Positions 36,805-47,007 of a stretch of 61,226 nt of DNA are shown here, piece by piece. Position numbers and translations under genes: made by a program. The notes under the pieces are model-generated. The model was given only the letters and a program-made list of their open reading frames with translations. It was not told where the DNA came from and did not search any database. Source of the stretch: a candidate division FCPU426 bacterium (GTDB taxonomy: Bacteria > Oederibacteriota > Muellerivitia > Muellerivitales > Muellerivitaceae); NCBI GenBank assembly GCA_963830915.1, contig CAWHOE010000032.1, positions 1 to 61,226 on the forward strand, given 5' to 3'. Position 1 is the stretch's first letter; each line of letters starts with the position of its first letter.

Positions 36805-37929
36805 TTACCTGTTCCAGAGTTTTTTCAAGCGGTTGTGGGCGGACAGGATCAATTCCTCCGTCGAGACCCAGTTGATACAGGCGTCCGTGATGGAAACACC
36901 ATACTTCAATTTGGAGTGGTCCTTGACCAAGGGCTGGTTGCCCTCGTGCAGGTTGCTTTCGATCATGAAGCCGACAACCGACTCATTGCCCTTCTCCACC
37001 TGGTGCAAAACGCTGTTGAAGGCGGTGGGCTGGAGCCGGTAATCCTTGTTCGAGTTGCCATGACTGCAATCCACCACGATGTTGGAGGAAAGACCAGCGG
37101 CTTTCAGCGCCTTCTCGCAGGCGTTGATGGAAGCGTTGTCGTAGTTGGGCTTGGTCCCACCTCGAAGGACGATGTGGGCGTAGGGGTTCCCCGTGGTTCG
37201 GAACACCGCGGTCTGGCCGTTCTGGTCGATGCCCAGGAAATGGTGGGACATGCGGGCCGCCTTGATGGCGTTCAGGGCCACCTGGATGCTGCCGTCGGTG
37301 GCGTTCTTGAAGCCCACCGCCATGGAAAGACCGCTGGCCAGTTCCCGGTGGGTCTGGGACTCGGTCGTGCGGGCCCCGATGGCGGACCAACTGATGAGAT
37401 CGGCGATGTACTGCGGGATGATGGGGTCCAGGGCCTCGGTGGCGGTGGGCAGGCCCATCTCGGCGAAACGCACCAGCAGACGGCGGGCGATGAGGATGCC
37501 TTTCTCGATGTGGAACGAGTCGTTCATGTCCGGGTCGTTGATGAGCCCCTTCCAGCCGATGGTGGTTCGGGGTTTCTCGAAATAGACCCTCATGATGACC
37601 AACATGGTGGATCTCACCATCCCTGCCAGCCTTTTGAGCTTGGAGGCGTACTCATAGGCCGCCTGTGGGTCGTGGATGGAGCAAGGCCCCACCACCACGA
37701 TGAGGCGGCGGTCTTTATGGTCCAGGATGGCCTCGACCTCTTTGCGGGCGCGAAGGACCGTCTCATAGGCTTTCTTACCGCCGGGCAGTTTGGCTTTGAC
37801 CTGTTTGGGCGTGATGAGGATCTCAGAACCGGCCACATGGGTATCCTGGGCCTTGGCTCGCAAGTTGATCTTGCCAATCTTGGAGAACTTCCGTTTAGGG
37901 GCTTTCATGGGTGTCATTTCTTTATTCAT
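36805..37929 (-). CDS. 3-deoxy-7-phosphoheptulonate (DAHP) synthase, class I alpha (AroF/G/H type)
   Basis: 'VVGPCSIHD', 'MRVYFEKPRTTIGWKGLINDP', 'IGARTTESQTHRE.ASGLS', 'YGVSITDAC'. Confidence 0.96.
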   Translation of the reverse strand: MNKEMTPMKAPKRKFSKIGKINLRAKAQDTHVAGSEILITPKQVKAKLPGGKKAYETVLRARKEVEAILDHKDRRLIVVVGPCSIHDPQAAYEYASKLKRLAGMVRSTMLVIMRVYFEKPRTTIGWKGLINDPDMNDSFHIEKGILIARRLLVRFAEMGLPTATEALDPIIPQYIADLISWSAIGARTTESQTHRELASGLSMAVGFKNATDGSIQVALNAIKAARMSHHFLGIDQNGQTAVFRTTGNPYAHIVLRGGTKPNYDNASINACEKALKAAGLSSNIVVDCSHGNSNKDYRLQPTAFNSVLHQVEKGNESVVGFMIESNLHEGNQPLVKDHSKLKYGVSITDACINWVSTEELILSAHNRLKKLWNR

Positions 37930-38249
37930 TACCTCTTTGATTTTTGGAGGGGCGATTATAGCAGGCCATCGGAATTCTTGTAAAAATCACGTTGTACCCT
38001 TTTCCGCCATGTTTTCACCCCCCAAGAATCCTACATTTCGCTTCCAAGGGTCTAAAAGGAACTCAAATGGACCTCTTTAACCTCGAATCAACCCGAACCC
38101 GCTTGGCTTAACCGTTTTTTTACACAACAACCCTCGCCAAATTGGAAACGCTTTTCCTAATCTTATGGTCTCCATGCCTTGTAAACAACCACCCCAGCTC
38201 TCTATAATTTGCCAACATATAAACGTTAAATCGATTTTCCAAGGGAACT

Positions 38250-38804
38250 ATGAAAAACATATCGGTCAACGCTTCGGCTCATCCCCAATATAAAGACATC
38301 ACCATTCTTTCGGTCACGGGTTTTATCGATACGAATACCGCCCCTGAATTCGAGAAAGTTTTCCAGACGGTCATGGGTCAAAAGAAATTCAATATCATCG
38401 TGGACTTGAAAGAAACTTCTTATGTTAGCAGCGCCGGCTGGGGCATTTTCGTGGGCGAGATCAAACGCATCCGAAGCCAAAAGGGCAACCTGTTCCTCGT
38501 GGGAATGAGCCAGGAAGTGACCGACGCTTATGAACTTCTTCAATTCGACAGCATCTTGAAAGCATTCCCGACCGCTGAACAAGCCATTCAAAAGGGCTTC
38601 AAACAGACGGTCGTGGCGGCTGACCCAATCGCTGAAACAAAACCCGTTGTGAAAAGCCGTAAAAGTAAAGTTGAAGCTATTCCGCAACCGGTTACAGAAC
38701 CAGCGAAAGCCCCGCTGAACCTTAGCTTTGTCGAACCTGAACCGGACAAGATCCCGGCAAAAACTCCCTGGTTCAAGAAATTCTTCGCCTTATTGTGGTC
38801 GTGA
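38250..38804 (+). CDS. STAS-domain anti-sigma-factor antagonist with C-terminal extension
   Basis: 'G.ID..TAPEFE...IIVDL....YVSSAGWG'. Confidence 0.85.
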   Translation: MKNISVNASAHPQYKDITILSVTGFIDTNTAPEFEKVFQTVMGQKKFNIIVDLKETSYVSSAGWGIFVGEIKRIRSQKGNLFLVGMSQEVTDAYELLQFDSILKAFPTAEQAIQKGFKQTVVAADPIAETKPVVKSRKSKVEAIPQPVTEPAKAPLNLSFVEPEPDKIPAKTPWFKKFFALLWS

Positions 38805-38841
38805 TTTAAATCGATTTTTAAATATAAAAAAGAAGGACTCT

Positions 38842-39849
38842 ATGGGACTGTTCTCGCAACTGATGGGTAAGAAATCCGATTATCTGTCCGAATATAAAAA
38901 GTACAAGAAAGCCTTGTCGAGCCATCCGGGCGATCACGGTCTGAAAGCTCAATTCATCAAATTTTGCCTGCTCAACCGATTCACCAACCACGAGGTCGTG
39001 AAAACCCACATGACCGAAGCCTTGACCCTCTTCGGCTCGATCGAGAATTCCGATGCCTTCGACCTGCAGTGCCATTACCTGGTCGGCAAATACTACCAGG
39101 AAGAAAAAGACAACCGAAAGGCCTACCAGGTCTATCTGAACGCCATCAAGCGTTTCAACGAATATGTGTCAAAGAATCCTGGGCAAAGATCGGACAACGC
39201 TGAATTGGCTTATTCGGTCGCCCTGAACTTGATGAACTTGCAATTGAACCCAGTGGATCCGGCGCTGGAAAAGTGCTTCAAGATCCTGCGCAAATCCTAT
39301 CCCCTGCACTTGAAAAGCATCGAGTTGGAAAATGAGATGGCCAAACCAGCGCCCAGCAAGGAACGCATCAAACAATTGAGCGCGGAAATCAAACAACTTC
39401 GGGATGAGGAAAACAAGGAAACAACCGAGCCCGTGAAGTCCGCGGCGAAGGAACCGGTGAAAGAAACGGTTAAAGAAACGACCACGACCAAAAGTTCCGG
39501 GCCAGTTCAGGATAATCCGGCGGAACAAAAAGGGATCTTTTCCAAATTGTTCATGGACCTTTCCCCAGCCGTTCTTGGTAAATCCGTCTTGTTGACTCAA
39601 AATACCCACCACCCATCGGCGAGCGAAATGGAAGCTTTCAAGATGTCACCCATATCGGACTCTCCCGAACGCCAGACCGCCTTCATGATGTACTTGGATG
39701 ATGAATGGAAAGGCCCTTTTACCCTCCAACAAATCCGGAACATGACCTATTTGGATCCCGCGACCTGGGTTTGCCGCTCGGGAAGCGAGCAAGTGGTCCA
39801 AGCCTACGAGGTTCCCGACCTTCAACCTTTCTTCAAGCAGAACGCTTAG
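38842..39849 (+). CDS. TPR-like helical protein with C-terminal GYF_2 (DUF4339)-like domain
   Basis: AAGGA RBS; 'W.GPFTL.Q......D..TWV.R.G......A.EVPDL'. Confidence 0.7.
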   Translation: MGLFSQLMGKKSDYLSEYKKYKKALSSHPGDHGLKAQFIKFCLLNRFTNHEVVKTHMTEALTLFGSIENSDAFDLQCHYLVGKYYQEEKDNRKAYQVYLNAIKRFNEYVSKNPGQRSDNAELAYSVALNLMNLQLNPVDPALEKCFKILRKSYPLHLKSIELENEMAKPAPSKERIKQLSAEIKQLRDEENKETTEPVKSAAKEPVKETVKETTTTKSSGPVQDNPAEQKGIFSKLFMDLSPAVLGKSVLLTQNTHHPSASEMEAFKMSPISDSPERQTAFMMYLDDEWKGPFTLQQIRNMTYLDPATWVCRSGSEQVVQAYEVPDLQPFFKQNA

Positions 39850-40310
39850 ACCCGATCGGGTTTCCTCTTTTTCCCTTTAATTCCTTAACCCTCTTCCGTT
39901 TAAGTCGCTATTCTCCAGAGTGAAAATTTTTCCAAAACCGAGAATTTTTTTGCTCCGATTCCCTTTTTGAAAAGTTCCAAAAAAATTCCCGCAGTTGTGC
40001 CGTTTTTGCATTTAAACGTGTTTTTTTTAAAAGATAAATCCAAGTTAGCGCCATAGAGACGTGCGTCCAAAACGCTCAAAATGGATTTTTTCAGGTCAAT
40101 TCCAACCCCATTTAGAGCGGAACAAAGGCGAAGAGGACCGAACAAAACAATGTTAGAACTCATTACCGACATTGCCTCCAACCAAGACGTTCGGTTCGGG
40201 AGGGTTTGAAGCGATGAACGGAATGAATATCCTTCGATTTATATAGGTTTATGAGAACTTCAAAGAATAGTTAAAGTAAAACTTGAGGGCTTAGGATTTC
40301 TTAAAAGACA

Positions 40311-41012
40311 TCATAAAGGCGCCAGATCATCGGTGATTACCGAAAGGAATTCGGCGGGAGGGTAGGAACTCTTTTTAAGGCCAGGAAAGCCGCCCCACTT
40401 GAACGAAAGACGCAAGTAATCGATGAAGGTCGTCTTGTGCCACTCTTCCAACAAAGGAGCGTCCGCGGCAGGGTTGGGCAATTCTATAGCGTAAGGCGGT
40501 CCCCCGCTGACATTGGCCTTATGGTAATAGTCCGGGCTCAGTTCCAACCGGTACTTCTTGCGGTCCTTGGGAGCGACGCTTTCGTTCTCTTCCTGCCATT
40601 GGGGAAAACTGAAATCCAGGAAATAGGCGAAGGGCTCGATCACCAGCGGATCGGGATAATCCTCCGGAAAGAAAGAGATATGACGTCCGGTCAGGTTCAC
40701 CGACCCGATCATTTGGTAGAAGAACCGGATGGAAAGGGGGATGGGCCCGGCCAATTTTTCGAGTTCCTCGAGCTTATGGGCGATATCCGGAGCCGGAAGA
40801 AAATAGATCTCGCTGGGATAGGTGAACTCATAATTCAGGCCCTTCAAACGCTCGACGATGCGCTCCACGTTGATCTGGACCCGTTCCATGGTCTCGGTGG
40901 CCACCGCCTCGGCGTCCTTCAATACATCCGGGTCCTCGATCTTCCCTAACGCCGTCAATTCGGCCCAAACTTGTTTGTATTCGCCGTGTAGGTATCGTTC
41001 CAAGTAGGACAT
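40311..41012 (-). CDS. SMI1/KNR4 (SUKH)-like hypothetical protein
   Basis: 'LEELEKLAGPIPLSIR.FY..IG', 'PD.YHKANVSGG.PY', 'FIDYLR..F.WGGFPG'. Confidence 0.6.
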   Translation of the reverse strand: MSYLERYLHGEYKQVWAELTALGKIEDPDVLKDAEAVATETMERVQINVERIVERLKGLNYEFTYPSEIYFLPAPDIAHKLEELEKLAGPIPLSIRFFYQMIGSVNLTGRHISFFPEDYPDPLVIEPFAYFLDFSFPQWQEENESVAPKDRKKYRLELSPDYYHKANVSGGPPYAIELPNPAADAPLLEEWHKTTFIDYLRLSFKWGGFPGLKKSSYPPAEFLSVITDDLAPL

Positions 41013-41358
41013 GAAGCCCTCTATATAAAGCACAAACATCCGTGGAAAACGCGCTCTAAAGACGGAAAGCCTTCGGCCAACCGTTCCAGATGATGACTCT
41101 ATTTTATACCCAGGACGGAAGGTTATCTCTGATATTGGTCATAACCCGATGGAGGTGTCCAAATGGGCGGATGATTTTTACCTGCTTGTTTATCGAAATC
41201 TCCGACGTCAACTGCTTATAAATCTTTTATCCAGTTGTTCTTTATAAATCGCCAGTATTTTGGCCGTTTCCAGATCTTAAAAAAATCCTACTTCCCAGAA
41301 TGTCAGTAGTAAAATAATATTTCTTCGGTCGATGTCTATCAAACTTCTAGGAGGCTTT

Positions 41359-42090
41359 ATGTATAAGACTGGTTCCCTATCCGCATCACTGGGCCGCTGG
41401 ACTTTGGCGGCCATGCTTCTCGCCTTCATCCCGGCCTTGGTACTGCTCAGCCCTGGCAAAGGTATGACCCAACAGACCCCTTCGCCCGATGACCTCAGGA
41501 AAGCTTCCGAGCAAGCCACCCAGGTCGCCAAGAAAAAGGCCGAGCAGGATGAAAAGGACCGAAAAGCCAAGGAGAAGATCACCCGTGAAATCGTCGTGAA
41601 TAAGGATGACAAAGCTGGGACCATGGTCACGGACAACAAGATGCAATGGGTCCGGCACCAGGACTTCTTCGGCATCCAAGGCATCGAGGGCGACCTGGCC
41701 CTTCAGTTCCGGATCGACTCCAAGAAGGTCAATGGACAATGGACGCCGACGAACACCACCATGATCATATCCATCTACTCCACCAGCGAAGCCCATAAGG
41801 ACAATAACGGGGGGACCATCACGGTGGACGACAAGCCCATCACTTTTGATTCAACCACCAACTACCATACCGACAACCCCCTGGGTGTTTTCAAGAAAGG
41901 CGACCGTATCGAGGTGATGGATTTTCCTATCACTTACGACCAATTCACCACCATCGCTTCCGGCAAGAAGATCAAAGGCAAGATGGCTGGTATCGAATTC
42001 GAGGTCAAGGACCTTCCCCTTTCCGTTTTCAAGGAAATGATGATGGAAACCTTGCCTTTGCCGACCGCTGCCGCTCCGACCGCTCAGTAA
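41359..42090 (+). CDS. Secreted hypothetical protein
   Basis: AGGAGG RBS; signal peptide. Confidence 0.75.
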   Translation: MYKTGSLSASLGRWTLAAMLLAFIPALVLLSPGKGMTQQTPSPDDLRKASEQATQVAKKKAEQDEKDRKAKEKITREIVVNKDDKAGTMVTDNKMQWVRHQDFFGIQGIEGDLALQFRIDSKKVNGQWTPTNTTMIISIYSTSEAHKDNNGGTITVDDKPITFDSTTNYHTDNPLGVFKKGDRIEVMDFPITYDQFTTIASGKKIKGKMAGIEFEVKDLPLSVFKEMMMETLPLPTAAAPTAQ

Positions 42091-42095
42091 CCCCA

Positions 42096-42135
42096 AGGGG
42101 AAGCCAGGACGATTCCAGGCTTCCCCTTTTCTTTT
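42096..42135 (+). terminator. Rho-independent terminator
   Basis: AAGGGGAAGCC...GGCTTCCCCTT followed by a T-run. Confidence 0.7.
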
Positions 42136-42360
42136 ACCCAAAATAGGTACCTTGCCAAGTATCTCCAATAGACCGGACATGGGTTCTTCCCTCATTTTCA
42201 GCTGAATCATCGATAACCCGACATTTGGGTCGGCAAGAAGTACGTCCATCCCCCTTATGAAAAGCCCTCATTTAGATGAAATTCATCGGTGCGAAAGTCA
42301 CTTTCACTTTATATAATGTGCGCCTGTTTGAAGTACCCAATCCAAACTCGAAGGGTGAAC

Positions 42361-43368
42361 ATGGAAAAATTCAATCTTGACGGTCCGGCGGCGTTCGTAA
42401 TCCCTCATTGGAGCCAAGGTTCCGAAATGGAACGGAAATGGCTGGATGAAACACTTGAAAGGATCAAACTTCAGACCGACCCCAACTGGGTGGTCTTGAT
42501 CGCCGATGGGAATTCCCCTTCGGCCGAAGCCAAGGACTATTTGCGGAAGCTGGAGAAGGAATACAACGGAAAGTTCAAGGCACTCTTCATGAACCATTCG
42601 GACGGTCCGGGACACGCCCGCAATGTGGCCATCCAATACGCCTATGAGCAAAAATACCCCTTCATCGTCTTCATCGACGCGGACGACCTGACCCATCCCT
42701 GGAGGGTGGAAGTGGTCCGGGACATCTTCAAGAAGAACCCCAACGCGGGGGTTGTCTACAGTACCTTCAACGTGATCGACGAGAACGGTAAGCCCACCGC
42801 TTACGGCAAGTGTTCCCAGTCCATCGTGGAGATCCTGGAATCCCACAGCAACGCGCCCCAGGGCAAGGACGCCTGGATCGATATCTGCACCGAGGCCGGG
42901 TATACCAACCTGACCTCCACCACGTCGGTCTTGACCGGCATCGCCCGGGATATCCCCTTCCCCGGGGAGAAGGCCAGCGAGGACTATTACGCCTGGCTGT
43001 GCTACTCGGCCAGCGGGGCGGAATTCGTGTTCACCCCCCTCACCCCCACCAATTACCGCATCCCCCAGAACACCCAGGGATCGGCTTCCCGCAGCCGGGA
43101 AGGCGGGAAGTCGAAGTTCTATGAGACCAAGTGCCGGGTGGACGCGGCGGGTGTTGAGAAAGCCATCGAGTTGGCCCAGAAACGCGGGGCTTTGGATGAG
43201 AAGAAAGCCAATGACATCCGCGCCAAGTTCTACGTCAAGGAGGCCGTGACCATGTTCCGCGAGAACGAGATGGGATTGGCCAAGATGTGCGTGGAGAACG
43301 CCTTGAAGCGAAACGCCGTCCTGGCCGAGAAGCTCATCCAGGAGAAGGGCTTGAGCAGCCTCAAGTAG
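42361..43368 (+). CDS. Glycosyltransferase family 2
   Basis: 'QTDPNW...IADG.S', 'GPG.ARN', 'FIDADD', 'ED'. Confidence 0.88.
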   Translation: MEKFNLDGPAAFVIPHWSQGSEMERKWLDETLERIKLQTDPNWVVLIADGNSPSAEAKDYLRKLEKEYNGKFKALFMNHSDGPGHARNVAIQYAYEQKYPFIVFIDADDLTHPWRVEVVRDIFKKNPNAGVVYSTFNVIDENGKPTAYGKCSQSIVEILESHSNAPQGKDAWIDICTEAGYTNLTSTTSVLTGIARDIPFPGEKASEDYYAWLCYSASGAEFVFTPLTPTNYRIPQNTQGSASRSREGGKSKFYETKCRVDAAGVEKAIELAQKRGALDEKKANDIRAKFYVKEAVTMFRENEMGLAKMCVENALKRNAVLAEKLIQEKGLSSLK

Positions 43369-43395
43369 TTTGCGTCGAACAAGTCGGATCAGGAC

Positions 43396-43428
43396 AAAAA
43401 AAGGCTTCCCAACAGGGAGGCCTTTTTT
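43396..43428. terminator. Bidirectional Rho-independent terminator
   Basis: AAAAAAGGCTTCCC...GGGAGGCCTTTTTT between convergent genes. Confidence 0.75.
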
Positions 43429-43447
43429 GTTTTCCAGCAGGCAAAAC

Positions 43448-43816
43448 TTAATTGTATGTGATCGTTCCAGCGCTATTGACGGTCAAACTATAAACGTTCC
43501 CAAGTACCAGTGGGTTATCGGTCCTGGTGGTTTGATAACTTCCACTGACAAAAGTAATATCGTAATTATCGTTCACCGAGATGTTACAAACAACGCTAGA
43601 GGTGGATCCAACCGATATGGAACAGTTCGTTGGATAGGTGACCAAGGTGGAATCCCTCGTCAGGATGACCTGATTGACCGTTTTCCAATTATTCGTGAGT
43701 GTGATCGTGATGGATGTCGAGGTCGAGGTAGTTGGGTTTGAATTGGTGCAGGAACAAATAAGGGTAGAAAAAAGAATAAGCAAAAATAGGATCACCCTGG
43801 ATGGCTGGCGCCTCAT
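43448..43816 (-). CDS. Small Ser/Thr-rich lipoprotein
   Basis: Lipobox-like 'ICSC'; AGGAG RBS. Confidence 0.65.
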   Translation of the reverse strand: MRRQPSRVILFLLILFSTLICSCTNSNPTTSTSTSITITLTNNWKTVNQVILTRDSTLVTYPTNCSISVGSTSSVVCNISVNDNYDITFVSGSYQTTRTDNPLVLGNVYSLTVNSAGTITYN

Positions 43817-43890
43817 GTTCCAACTCCTTTGTTCAGGTCTGGCGGTTGGTACATTTTCCAACCAGCCATTCCTTAATTATAGTTCAAAAC

Positions 43891-43924
43891 AAAAAAAACG
43901 CCTCCCGGGGGGGCCGGAAGGCGT
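43891..43924 (-). terminator. Rho-independent terminator after the Spy/CpxP gene
   Basis: ACGCCT.CCGG stem followed by T8 on the minus strand. Confidence 0.6.
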
Positions 43925-43945
43925 GGCCAATGGGCCTATTGTCGG

Positions 43946-44578
43946 TTATTGGTTCGTTGTATCCGCACCCGGGGCGTTGGCAGGTGCGTCATCCGCGTCC
44001 TTCTTCATCTGCCCTTTGTGCTTATCCGGACTTCCCTTGCCCTGCATCATGGGGCATTCTTTACCGTCCATCATCTCTTTTTTTCCCCACATCCCCCTCC
44101 CCCTCATTCCATGCCCTTTCATTTGCAACAGGAACTTGGCTTGCTGGGTCGGCGTCAGGATGGTCTTGGTTTGCTCGGTGAAACTATCCCGTTTGGCTTC
44201 CATTTTCTTTTTTTCAGCTTGAAGGTTGTCCAGGATGGTCTTGATCTCCGCGTCGGAAGCCTTGGAATCGACTTTCAGCTTCAAGGTGTCCATATCGATT
44301 TTGATCTGGTCCCGCAAAGTCTGTGACTCTTCGCGTTGTTTCTTGAAAAGGGCCTTCAGTCTTTCAGCCTGGGCGTCCGTCAATCCGAACTTTTCTTTCC
44401 ACTTTCCCGAACGGTCACCACCCCAACCGCCCTTATCCCATCCGTGTCCTTTGTCCATCTTTGCCGGATTGTCATTGTCACTCGTGGCCGGATCATCCGC
44501 ATGGACCCACTGGAGCGTTCCAAAGATCAGGAAAGCCGATAACGCACTTAAACCTAATAAGTCTAAAAATTTCTTCAT
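43946..44578 (-). CDS. Spy/CpxP family periplasmic chaperone
   Basis: Signal peptide; two LTxxQ motifs (LTDAQ, LTPTQ). Confidence 0.85.
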   Translation of the reverse strand: MKKFLDLLGLSALSAFLIFGTLQWVHADDPATSDNDNPAKMDKGHGWDKGGWGGDRSGKWKEKFGLTDAQAERLKALFKKQREESQTLRDQIKIDMDTLKLKVDSKASDAEIKTILDNLQAEKKKMEAKRDSFTEQTKTILTPTQQAKFLLQMKGHGMRGRGMWGKKEMMDGKECPMMQGKGSPDKHKGQMKKDADDAPANAPGADTTNQ

Positions 44579-44676
44579 TCGAGTACCTCCGTGGATTTTA
44601 AGAACCATTGGAAAAGGAAGTTTTAAGGCTCTTGGGATTAAGACGCGTGGATATCCAAAAAGTGTCGGAGAAAAAA

Positions 44677-45897
44677 CTAAGGATTCCGTAACGAATCCAA
44701 CAGGATCTTGCCCGCCTCGTTGGGCTCGCCGTCATGGAGCATGCCGTGGGATATCTGTTCGTCCGAGGCCCAACCCCAACCGACATAGCCGATGTTCCAC
44801 TCTTTCAAGAGCGAGAGAGTATTCCGAAGGAATTCCAATTCATGTGCCTTATCCTCGCCGCCATTCTTGAGGAAGGCCCCGACTTCCGTGACCAGGAGGG
44901 GTTTACGATCTTGACCCGCCACTTGAGGGATCAAGGCCAATCCATAGGCCTTTTCCAGGTCGGCCTTTTCCCAAAGATTCACCAGGGGTGGACCGCTCCG
45001 GTGGACCGTTCCGGGGCCGCCACCTCCGGAGTTACGGTAAAGATGGAAACCGTAGATGATGTTCGGATCGGAAATGGGGTTGCGCTGTATCCAATCCAAC
45101 GTGGAAGCTGAGTATTGGGGAGGAGGGTAGTCCAGATTGACCCAGCAGTTGTAGTCCCATTGAACGATGACCGGGTTTGGGGTCCAAGACCTGATTATGG
45201 GAAGAACTTCGTTCACGAAGCCGAACCATTCCTTTTGGGCTTGGGAATCGCCGTGGGGCTCGTTATATAGCTCAAAAAGGACATTGGGAAAGGCGCCGAG
45301 GGTTTGGGCGACAGACCGCCAGAGGCTCTCAAATTCACCCTTATCCTTGACCACGTCCGGAAACTTCCCCCAGGGGGGCCAGGGGAGGGACTCTTGGCCC
45401 GATTGCCGCCCGCCTTCGTTATTCAACGCGTAAAAATCGAAGATAACGTAAAGACCCCGCTCTCCAGCCCACCGAATGGTATCTTCCATCATCTTTCGAT
45501 AGGATTCGGGATAGGTAACGTTACGGTAGGGGTCCTGATAAGTAATGGGATCGGTCTTCCACCAATTAACGATGGTATGGAAACGCACCACATTGAAACC
45601 CAGCCGATGGAATTGATCTAACGTCCGTTTGACCACATCTGGGTTCCACTGGCCCATGCCCGAATATAGGGGAGCGCCTTCCGGGTCCCATCCACCATCC
45701 GGCACATCCAGGAAACCATGGTGATTGATTCCCCGAAGGATCACGATCTTTCCTGAAGGATCTTTCAAGTTGGGACCGTCCACATGAAGGGTTTGGGCGG
45801 AAACATCCAAGGACTTCCCTGCATGGGCCAAGCAAGGAACACCGACCGCCAAAAAGATGGGAAGAAAAAGATGGAAAAAGAAGGAACTGGGTTTCAT
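44677..45897 (-). CDS. Secreted glycoside hydrolase family 5
   Basis: Signal peptide; 'LRGIN', 'GFNVVR', 'FELYNEP', 'H.Y', 'LVTEVG'. Confidence 0.88.
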   Translation of the reverse strand: MKPSSFFFHLFLPIFLAVGVPCLAHAGKSLDVSAQTLHVDGPNLKDPSGKIVILRGINHHGFLDVPDGGWDPEGAPLYSGMGQWNPDVVKRTLDQFHRLGFNVVRFHTIVNWWKTDPITYQDPYRNVTYPESYRKMMEDTIRWAGERGLYVIFDFYALNNEGGRQSGQESLPWPPWGKFPDVVKDKGEFESLWRSVAQTLGAFPNVLFELYNEPHGDSQAQKEWFGFVNEVLPIIRSWTPNPVIVQWDYNCWVNLDYPPPQYSASTLDWIQRNPISDPNIIYGFHLYRNSGGGGPGTVHRSGPPLVNLWEKADLEKAYGLALIPQVAGQDRKPLLVTEVGAFLKNGGEDKAHELEFLRNTLSLLKEWNIGYVGWGWASDEQISHGMLHDGEPNEAGKILLDSLRNP

Positions 45898-46050
45898 GGA
45901 AAACCTTTCGCCGTAGGAAAGCCAATGGTTCGATTCTACCGTTTTCCTTAATCCTGGTCACAACAAAACAGTTTCATAAGGTTCTAGGCGGATATTGTAT
46001 TGGCGTCCCTTCCCATGGGAAAATCCATTAACCCAATTGAGGAGAAATGA

Positions 46051-47001
46051 ATGAAAAAGAAAAAACTAGGCCATTCAGGTCTCGAAGTGGCCCCTTTGGC
46101 TTTCGGCGGAAATGTCTTTGGCTGGACCGCGGATGAGCCCACTTCATTCCGTCTTTTGGACGCCTTCGTGGATGAGGGGTTCTCACTGATCGACACCGCC
46201 AACAGTTATTCCCGCTGGGTCCAGGGCCATGTGGGCGGCGAGTCCGAGACGGTCATTGGCCGATGGCTTAAATCCACCGGCAAACGTAACAAAGTACTGA
46301 TAGCCACCAAGGTCTATTCGGAAATGGGCCCTGCGGAAAAAGGGCTTTCCAAGGAACAGATCCTGACCCAGGCTGAAAAATCACTGAAACGCCTGCAGGT
46401 GGATACCATTGACCTCTACCAATCCCATTTTGATGATGCCGAGGTCTCTCCGGAGGAAACTCTGGGCGCCTATTCCCAATTATTGAAACAAGGGAAGGTG
46501 CGGGTGATCGGGGCTTCCAACTACACCGCTCCCCGCTTAGCCCAGTTCCTGGCGGCCAGCCAGGAAAAGGGATTACCCCGATATGAAAGTCTTCAGCCCC
46601 ATTACAACCTCTGCGAAAGGGAGGGTTTTGAAAAGGACCTAGAACCGTTCTGCCGGGAAAAGAACCTTGGCGTCATACCCTATTTCTCCCTTGCGGCAGG
46701 ATTTCTCACCGGCAAGTACCGTTCGGAGGCCGATTTGGGTAAAAGCCCGAGAGGGCAAGGGATGAAAAAATACATGAACGCCCGCTGCTTCGGGATCTTG
46801 AAAGCCTTGGATGATGTGGCGAAGGAAAAGGGAGTCACTCCGGCCCAGGTCGCCCTGGCCTGGTTAGTGGCCAAACCGACCGTCACCGCTCCCATCGCCA
46901 GCGCGACCAACTTGGAGCAGTTCAAGGACCTTGTAGCGGGTGTGCGCCTGGAACTGGATTCTCTATCCTTGAAAATACTGGATGATGCCAGCGCTTATTG
47001 A
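46051..47001 (+). CDS. Aldo/keto reductase
   Basis: 'LAFGGNVFGW', 'IDTANSY', 'SE..IG', 'IDLYQSH', 'IGASN', 'LQPHYNL'. Confidence 0.93.
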   Translation: MKKKKLGHSGLEVAPLAFGGNVFGWTADEPTSFRLLDAFVDEGFSLIDTANSYSRWVQGHVGGESETVIGRWLKSTGKRNKVLIATKVYSEMGPAEKGLSKEQILTQAEKSLKRLQVDTIDLYQSHFDDAEVSPEETLGAYSQLLKQGKVRVIGASNYTAPRLAQFLAASQEKGLPRYESLQPHYNLCEREGFEKDLEPFCREKNLGVIPYFSLAAGFLTGKYRSEADLGKSPRGQGMKKYMNARCFGILKALDDVAKEKGVTPAQVALAWLVAKPTVTAPIASATNLEQFKDLVAGVRLELDSLSLKILDDASAY

Positions 47002-47007
47002 CCAGGA

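Noticed and set aside
25272..37983. Long plus-strand ORFs (25272-26777, 28702-29580, 35142-36023, 36682-37983; also 6078-7247)
   Set aside because: Antisense shadows of GC-rich, well-supported minus-strand genes.
41140..41185. Fluoride riboswitch-like text (GATGGAG...GATGA)
   Set aside because: The required P1 and pseudoknot pairings are missing and the downstream gene is unrelated.
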